Below, one piece after another: positions 58,793 to 64,000 of a stretch of 64,000 bases of DNA. This DNA comes from a bacterium. GTDB lineage: Bacteria; SAR324; XYD2-FULL-50-16. The DNA is taken from contig JAVVEA010000002.1 of NCBI GenBank assembly GCA_032250835.1, positions 54,498-118,497 on the forward strand, in the 5' to 3' direction. The translations under genes were made by a program, and so were the position numbers. The notes below the pieces were generated by a model. It worked only from the letters and a program-made list of their open reading frames with translations. It ran no database searches and was not told the origin of the DNA. Each line of letters opens with the position of its first letter. Position 1 is the stretch's first letter.

Positions 58793-60013
58793 TTAAGGCA
58801 TTAGGGCTTTTAACTGGCCCAAAAGGTAGAGCGATCCGGCCAACACCACCAGATCAAAGGCTTTAAATTCCCCCTCTTGCCATGATTTTAGGGCTTCGCC
58901 GGGGCTTTTGGGGGCCCAGGTAGGCCCCAAAGGAACTAGGCTAGACTCCGGGTCCGACTCGGCCCCGTAGTAACTGCCGACTAGCGGCAAATATTCCAGG
59001 TCCAACCCCATAGGGTCAAAGCCTTCTAGCAGATTTTTTCCCTGCATCCAGCCTAGGCCCAGTAAGATCTTTTGCCCCCTGTGCTGGGCCTTTAAGTGGG
59101 CCAGCAGCGCCGCCAATCCCTGGGCATTGTGGGCCCCGTCTAACAGCAAGCTAGGAGTTACATATTCCAACCGCCCCGGCCAGCTCAGCTGGCCCAAAAC
59201 CTGGGCTTCTTGCGCCGGACTCAACCGCCGCTCAGGGGGGCATAGGTGACGGTAGAGCGCCAAGGAACTAGATAGGTTTTCTGCCTGGTGTGCGCCAGCC
59301 AACCCCAGGCTCATCCCTTGCGTCAAACCAGGGTCCACCGGGATCAGCGGCACCCCCAAGGCATCAGCTCGGGCTTGGGCCAAGTCGTCCAAGCCTGGCT
59401 CTTGGCGGGCCCAAAAGAGCGGAGCCCCCGGTTTGGCGATGCCCAGTTTTTCGCGGGCAATGGACCGCAGGTCGGCACCCAGATAGTCCATATGGTCCAG
59501 GCCGATCTTGGTGATCAAGACCGCCTTGGGGCCCAATAGGCCGTTGGTGGCGTCGAGCCTTCCGCCTAGTCCGGTTTCTATCAGCGCCCAATCGACCGCC
59601 TGTTCTTTAAAGAGCCAGAGGGCCATGGCAAAGCTGATCTCAAAGAAGCTAGCGCCCAAGGATTTTTCTTGGGCCTGGGCCAAATCTTCGGGGCGGCAAC
59701 CTAGCGCGTCACACACGGCGGCTAAGGCGGCGTCCACCTGGGCATCACTGGCCGAAAGCCCGTCTAAGCGGTAACGCTCGTTAAAGCGGACCAAATGGGG
59801 CGAGATGAAGGCCCCGGTGCGGTATCCCGAGGCCAACAGTAGCGCCTCTAGGCCCACCAAACTGCTGCCCTTGCCGTTGGTTCCGGCCAAATGGATTAGG
59901 TTGAGGTCCCGGTCGGGGCGGCCCATGCGCTCCAGCAGGCGGTTGATCGGACCCAGCCCCAACTCGATCTTCCCGCGCAGCGAGAAGAGCCCCTCCAATA
60001 CGGCTCGCTCCAA
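58793..60013 (-). CDS. folC: Folylpolyglutamate synthase / dihydrofolate synthase
   Basis: HLAGTNGKGS, SPHL, ETGLGGRLDATN, WPGRLE, DGAHN, GSLYL. Confidence 0.93.
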   Translation of the reverse strand: MERAVLEGLFSLRGKIELGLGPINRLLERMGRPDRDLNLIHLAGTNGKGSSLVGLEALLLASGYRTGAFISPHLVRFNERYRLDGLSASDAQVDAALAAVCDALGCRPEDLAQAQEKSLGASFFEISFAMALWLFKEQAVDWALIETGLGGRLDATNGLLGPKAVLITKIGLDHMDYLGADLRSIAREKLGIAKPGAPLFWARQEPGLDDLAQARADALGVPLIPVDPGLTQGMSLGLAGAHQAENLSSSLALYRHLCPPERRLSPAQEAQVLGQLSWPGRLEYVTPSLLLDGAHNAQGLAALLAHLKAQHRGQKILLGLGWMQGKNLLEGFDPMGLDLEYLPLVGSYYGAESDPESSLVPLGPTWAPKSPGEALKSWQEGEFKAFDLVVLAGSLYLLGQLKALMP

Positions 60014-61015
60014 TCAGTCCTCGATTTTCAAGGGGCGGTCCATCAATTCGGAAAGAGCCTCATCGATCGGTTGCCCCTGGTAGATCACCTGATACGCAGT
60101 GGTGCAGAGCGGCAGGTCTAGGCCATGTTCAACGGCAAATTGGTGGACCGCTTTGGTGGTATAATACCCCTCGGCGACCGTGCCGGACATGCTGGCCAAA
60201 ATCTCTTCGGTGCTTTCGCCGCGCCCTAGCCGTAGGCCAAAGTTTTTGTTGTGGCTGCTGGCTTGGGAATAGCAGGTCAAAACCAAGTCGCCCAAACCAC
60301 TCAGGCCGTAGAGCGTCTCTAAGGAAATGCCCATCATCTCACAAAGCCGCTTCATTTCGGCCAAGCCGCGGGTGACGATCACCGCCACGGCTTCTTCAAA
60401 CATCCCGCGCCCCACGGCAATCCCGGCGATGACCGCATAAACGTTTTTCAAAGCCCCCAAGATAGCCACGCCCTTTAAGTCCAAGCTGCGGTATACCCTA
60501 AAGCCTGGGGCCGAAAAAAAATGCTGCAGTAACAGCCCCACTCGGTCGTCCTCGCAGGCCAGCGTTTCGGCTGCCGGGCTCTGGGCGCTGAGCAAGCCTT
60601 CGGGGAAGCAGGGACCGCCCAAATGGGCTAGCGGATTGCGGGGGAAGTATTCGCGGATGATCTCGGGTACCGTGCTCAAGCTGTTTTGCTCGATCCCTTT
60701 ATTGATGGTCACCAGAATCTGCTCGCTGTTCAATTCCAGGCCATCCAAGGTGGCTCGCAAAAAGGGAACCGGCGTACTGACCACCACCACCTCGGCCCCT
60801 TCTACCGACCGGTTGCGGTCCAGCTCAAAGGACAGGCGTCCTTCAACTTGATAACCCGGGAGGTTGGGGGCGGTTCCGGTGGTTTTTAGCTGGTGGTATT
60901 CGGATTCGAGAAAACACCAAAGGGTCACTTCATACCCTTTGCGGGCCAAGAAAATGGCCATGGCCGTTCCCCAGCGCCCTGAACCCAGGACGGTCACCTT
61001 TTGAGGCTGATTCAT
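60014..61015 (-). CDS. gpsA: NAD(P)H-dependent glycerol-3-phosphate dehydrogenase
   Basis: LGSGRWGTA, NKGIE, GALKNVYA, GLGDLVLTC, VAEG. Confidence 0.93.
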   Translation of the reverse strand: MNQPQKVTVLGSGRWGTAMAIFLARKGYEVTLWCFLESEYHQLKTTGTAPNLPGYQVEGRLSFELDRNRSVEGAEVVVVSTPVPFLRATLDGLELNSEQILVTINKGIEQNSLSTVPEIIREYFPRNPLAHLGGPCFPEGLLSAQSPAAETLACEDDRVGLLLQHFFSAPGFRVYRSLDLKGVAILGALKNVYAVIAGIAVGRGMFEEAVAVIVTRGLAEMKRLCEMMGISLETLYGLSGLGDLVLTCYSQASSHNKNFGLRLGRGESTEEILASMSGTVAEGYYTTKAVHQFAVEHGLDLPLCTTAYQVIYQGQPIDEALSELMDRPLKIED

Positions 61016-61515
61016 CACGCGCCTTTATTGGTAATGTGTATTTTTGGCATAAACCAGCCTAACACCGCCGCCCCGTTTGGGCAATCGGCTAAGGGCTAGG
61101 CAACCGCTTGCGTCCATTCTTCTGTAGCGACTCAAAAACCGGTGGAGCGCGCAGGCTGAGCCGGAACCTTTGGACTGCGGGCCTAACATGGCTGCTGCGG
61201 TGGGTCCCAGAGGTTAAGGCCGAAGCAACCCATAGGACCCTGGGCCAACCGGTGAAAGGCCATCAGGCCGGAGAAAGCATCCTCTGGGCCGCCGAAAAGG
61301 CGGGCTTAATTTTGGCTATCAGAGGTTGAAGGGGGCCTGCAGTTGAGCCGCTATATGGTAGGCTGTCATCTGGTGCCATCATAAATCCCCGGCTGATCGG
61401 GTTATTCCCCTGAGCACCAAAACCTCGCCTGTAGCGTCCACTTCGTCCATAGGGTGGGTTTTCTCTTTCTATGTAAAATAGCCAACAATATTTTAAAAAA
61501 CTGTTGTATACTGAA

Positions 61516-61666
61516 GGCAACCCCTCATAGATGGAGGCCTAAATCCCCATCCATGAGGCCCGGCGGGCGTTGCGCTGTTTTCAGAAGCCGGTAAGAGCCG
61601 GGCTGAACCCCAATGTAGTGGGGACTGTCCGCCAATACCCAAAGCTATGACCCTAAGGAGGTTGCC
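61516..61666 (+). promoter_or_regulatory. Structured 5' leader (candidate cis-regulatory RNA) pairing over the RBS
   Basis: GGCAACC 61516-22 complements GGTTGCC 61660-66 next to the ATG, enclosing several nested stems. TATACT -10-like hexamer at 61507-12. Confidence 0.45.
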
Positions 61667-62134
61667 ATGACCCTGTACCAAGAACCAGAAGTCCGCGCCG
61701 TCGGCATCGACCAGATCGCCAATCTCTTCATCGAAATCGAAGGCGAGGAAGAGCAGTTTATTTTAGACCACAGTTCGGGGCATCTCAAGGACTCCCCTGA
61801 GGGCAAGATGCTGCTCAGCTTTTTAGAAGACGAAAAGAGCAAAGCCCAAAGCTGTAGAATCCTGCTCAAGGGCCATGTGGAGTCCAGGCCTATAGTGCTA
61901 AAAGAATGGGATTTTCAGGCATTGCGCACCTTGAACTATATGGACCATGTCCCCGGTGCTTGGGAAAAGCAGATTGGGGCCAAGGCTCTGTTGCAAGGCG
62001 CGCTGGCCTTTGAGTCAAAGCTCAACGAGTCGCTAGAAAACCTAGCGAGCGAAATGGGTCACCCCGCTGACCTAACCCAGTTGATAAACCTCAACAAAAA
62101 GACCATGGCCAAACTCAAGGAGTTTTTGGGTTAA
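61667..62134 (+). CDS. Hypothetical protein, possible degenerate ferritin-like four-helix bundle
   Basis: AGGAGG RBS and downstream terminator. Helical pattern FIEIEGEEE...FLEDEK...ALAFE...LINLN. Confidence 0.65.
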   Translation: MTLYQEPEVRAVGIDQIANLFIEIEGEEEQFILDHSSGHLKDSPEGKMLLSFLEDEKSKAQSCRILLKGHVESRPIVLKEWDFQALRTLNYMDHVPGAWEKQIGAKALLQGALAFESKLNESLENLASEMGHPADLTQLINLNKKTMAKLKEFLG

Positions 62135-62161
62135 ACCCTCCCCCGAGCCTTGCCACTACTT

Positions 62162-62206
62162 AGCCAGAAAGGCTCCCTTAACGGGAGACTGCCTTTCTGG
62201 CTTTTT
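62162..62206 (+). terminator. Intrinsic terminator
   Basis: 12-bp stem AGCCAGAAAGGC/GCCTTTCTGGCT with inner TCCC/GGGA, followed by a T-run. Confidence 0.75.
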
Positions 62207-62245
62207 CTGCTGGGCTTTGATGTCCTTGGGCAAACTCTGGTAACA

Positions 62246-62288
62246 AAAAAGGCCCCGCTGGCTGAATAAAAACCAGTGGGGCCTTTTT
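62246..62288. terminator. Bidirectional intrinsic terminator
   Basis: AAAAAGGCCCCGCTGG...CCAGTGGGGCCTTTTT between convergent genes. Confidence 0.75.
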
Positions 62289-62306
62289 AAAAGGACTCAC
62301 GCACCG

Positions 62307-63470
62307 CTAAGGTCGCTCAGGCGGCTGACCAAACCTCGGCGTCTCCTTTGGGAAGCAGTCGGCTTTGCCCGGCTGGGTTCCTGAATAAAATTGATAGAGC
62401 TGAAACCCCACCATTGCCGCATCCACCACCAGTTCCCCGGTGTTGGCGATCTGCATGGGTTCCTTAAAGGCATCGCAGGGCCTTGGCCTGATTTGGTCTT
62501 TAACCCCAGTTTGTGGAGCCCACTGCATTTCCTTGGGGTTTAATTGCAGTTCAATTAGGCTCACCTTTTCGCCTCCGCGCCTAAGGATCTCAAAGCGGTC
62601 TTTCCCGTCACTAGAGAGCAGACGGTCCGAAAGACCCAACTCCGCCAGGGGAATTCTCACCAAAAGGGAAGCAGGCTGGTAGGACATCAGGAAAAACACC
62701 GGTTGCTGGTGTTTGCTGAGTTTAAATTCCTCCTTTGCCTTTTCGGATACCAAGAACCCACCGGTAAAAGACTCAGCTTTAAGGAATTGATCACTAATAA
62801 TAGACAGCTTTTTAGGCGCTTGGGCACTCTGGACCGCGCTTGCCTCCGGTTGAAAATCCACCGGTGTGCCGATCTGCCAAATCAGCTGGAGATCGCTTGA
62901 TGTGCTCTGCAAGCTATAGGCTTGGCCCTTTGACCATTTCAACTGCTTACCCACATCTTGCCACAGCTCGTTGCCTTCAAAGCGAAAGACCTGCATGGCC
63001 CTGAAACTAGTTTGAACCAGCGCAAAAAGGCCCGCTCGCTGGGTATCTCCTAAAGCCAAGACTTGATGATTGAGGTAAAATCGCTTTCTTTTCAGCACTA
63101 GCTTATCGCTAAAGAGCAGGGTATAAAACCCCCTGCGCTGACCCGATCGCCCTACATTTAAGCACAAGACGATTTGTCCCTGACTGGCGAAGCCAAGATA
63201 GCGCCCAACCACTTCGGCCCCGGAGGGGATCTGCTCTTGATAGCTAAAAGACGCCGCTACCCGCCCAGTGCTGCGCTCAAATAGAAATACTTTATTCGCA
63301 TCATGCCCCACCACCGAACCACCAAACTGGGCGGAAAAGGAGTCTAGACCTACGGCGGTAGCGTCCAGTTCGACCACTTCTTGCTGGTGGAAAATAGCGG
63401 CGTAGGAATTGGTTGTGAGACAGAAGAATAAAAAGGCGCAACTGAAAATCAACTTGCTGCGGGTTCTCAT
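62307..63470 (-). CDS. Exported hypothetical protein
   Basis: 387 aa; signal peptide ending SYA; body appears beta-rich. Confidence 0.65.
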   Translation of the reverse strand: MRTRSKLIFSCAFLFFCLTTNSYAAIFHQQEVVELDATAVGLDSFSAQFGGSVVGHDANKVFLFERSTGRVAASFSYQEQIPSGAEVVGRYLGFASQGQIVLCLNVGRSGQRRGFYTLLFSDKLVLKRKRFYLNHQVLALGDTQRAGLFALVQTSFRAMQVFRFEGNELWQDVGKQLKWSKGQAYSLQSTSSDLQLIWQIGTPVDFQPEASAVQSAQAPKKLSIISDQFLKAESFTGGFLVSEKAKEEFKLSKHQQPVFFLMSYQPASLLVRIPLAELGLSDRLLSSDGKDRFEILRRGGEKVSLIELQLNPKEMQWAPQTGVKDQIRPRPCDAFKEPMQIANTGELVVDAAMVGFQLYQFYSGTQPGKADCFPKETPRFGQPPERP

Positions 63471-63790
63471 GAAGCCCCAAAGATCAGCAACAAAGGGGAC
63501 GGCCTTTTAAGGGGCATAAAAGCTCCTGGAACGGGGTTCCCCTCAGACTAGCAAAGTCCCTAAAATATTCCCACTGATTGTCCTGCCCGGATAAAATAGA
63601 CCGAAATTTTCAGACAAAGTTTTGCGTTGGCCTTCTGAATGACGGCAAACAACCTCGGTTCAGGAGATCAGGAGGAGTCGGCTGAAGGTAGCCTAGCAAG
63701 AAGCGATCAGGAAGACCGAACAACTAAAAGGTTGTTTGGGCACCTCGGCCCAGATTAAGCCTATGGAATAGGGGGATGCCCAAAGACTTA

Positions 63791-63875
63791 CCTGGGACGG
63801 ATTCGAACCGACCGGCTATCGCTAGCACGGGAAAATTTTGGATCAGACCGTTGGTCTATCTGCTTCGCATCCCGG
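63791..63875 (-). repeat. tRNA-Leu-like repeat, copy A (degenerate, no CCA)
   Basis: Near-identical to 63915-64000 at an offset of about 130 bp. Contains a GGTTCGAATCC T-loop and a GCTA-GCGA-TAGC hairpin. Confidence 0.7.
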
Positions 63876-63914
63876 AAAGGATCATTCAACATTTGGGGGG
63901 GATTGTTTTCCAGA

Positions 63915-64000
63915 TGGTACCGAGGGTCGGAATCGAACCGACCAGCTATCACTAGCACGGGAAATTTTGGATCGGACCGCTGGTCTGTCAGCTTCGCATC
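63915..64000 (-). repeat. tRNA-Leu-like repeat, copy B (intact T-arm, acceptor 3' strand and CCA; 5' end beyond the window)
   Basis: Minus strand ends GTCGG-TTCGATT-CCGAC-CCTCGGT-A-CCA. D and anticodon arms are non-canonical. Confidence 0.7.

Noticed and set aside
61200-61430. Partial resemblance to SRP RNA (CAGG...AGCA), 6S RNA (TCCCCTGAGC) and glycine or c-di-GMP riboswitch words
   Set aside because: Only isolated short words match, and the required paired helices and remaining conserved motifs are missing.
61089-61520. 85-aa minus-strand ORF whose frame continues past a TGA to an LRAPP motif (arrest peptide or selenocysteine read-through idea)
   Set aside because: The RAPP lies beyond an in-frame stop and about 16 codons before the next stop. 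No RBS, Sec context or protein-like composition is evident, so it is probably chance.
63639-63758. 39-aa plus-strand ORF (MTANNLGSG...)
   Set aside because: No RBS or recognisable similarity; likely spurious.
63791-64000. CRISPR array, tmRNA or functional tRNA gene
   Set aside because: The repeat unit is too long for CRISPR and there are no cas genes. There is no tmRNA tag or terminal signature. The canonical D and anticodon arms cannot be formed.

Overview
A 64 kb stretch of bacterial chromosome with no phage, transposase or CRISPR array. Two perfect parS sites suggest it lies near the replication origin. Gene content and order (split atp operon with b'/b subunits, class I adenylate cyclase-like gene) would fit a Gram-negative, deltaproteobacteria-like lineage, which is an inference only. 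Bases 1-17 kb and 29-38 kb hold cell-envelope glycan loci: nucleotide-sugar enzymes, GT2 glycosyltransferases, a Wzx-type flippase, several GT-C-like membrane proteins and a B12 radical SAM enzyme. The rest is largely housekeeping: recJ, tyrA, kdsAB, miaA, ssb, ruvAC, yebC, rimO, ispD, atpF'FHAGDC, proA, rnhA, cyaA-like, trpBA, folC, gpsA. The most notable observations are: (1) a 1167-aa membrane protein with two PAN/apple-like domains inside a glycosylation locus; (2) two tandem tRNA-Leu-like elements with remodelled arms at the right edge; (3) a heavily base-paired ~150-nt leader that occludes the ribosome-binding site of a degenerate ferritin-like gene; (4) parS sites overlapping the miaA start and extended into a 26-bp palindrome; (5) an LmtA-like methyltransferase heading the kdsA-kdsB operon. 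All calls come from reading motifs by eye; no searches or folding programs were run.
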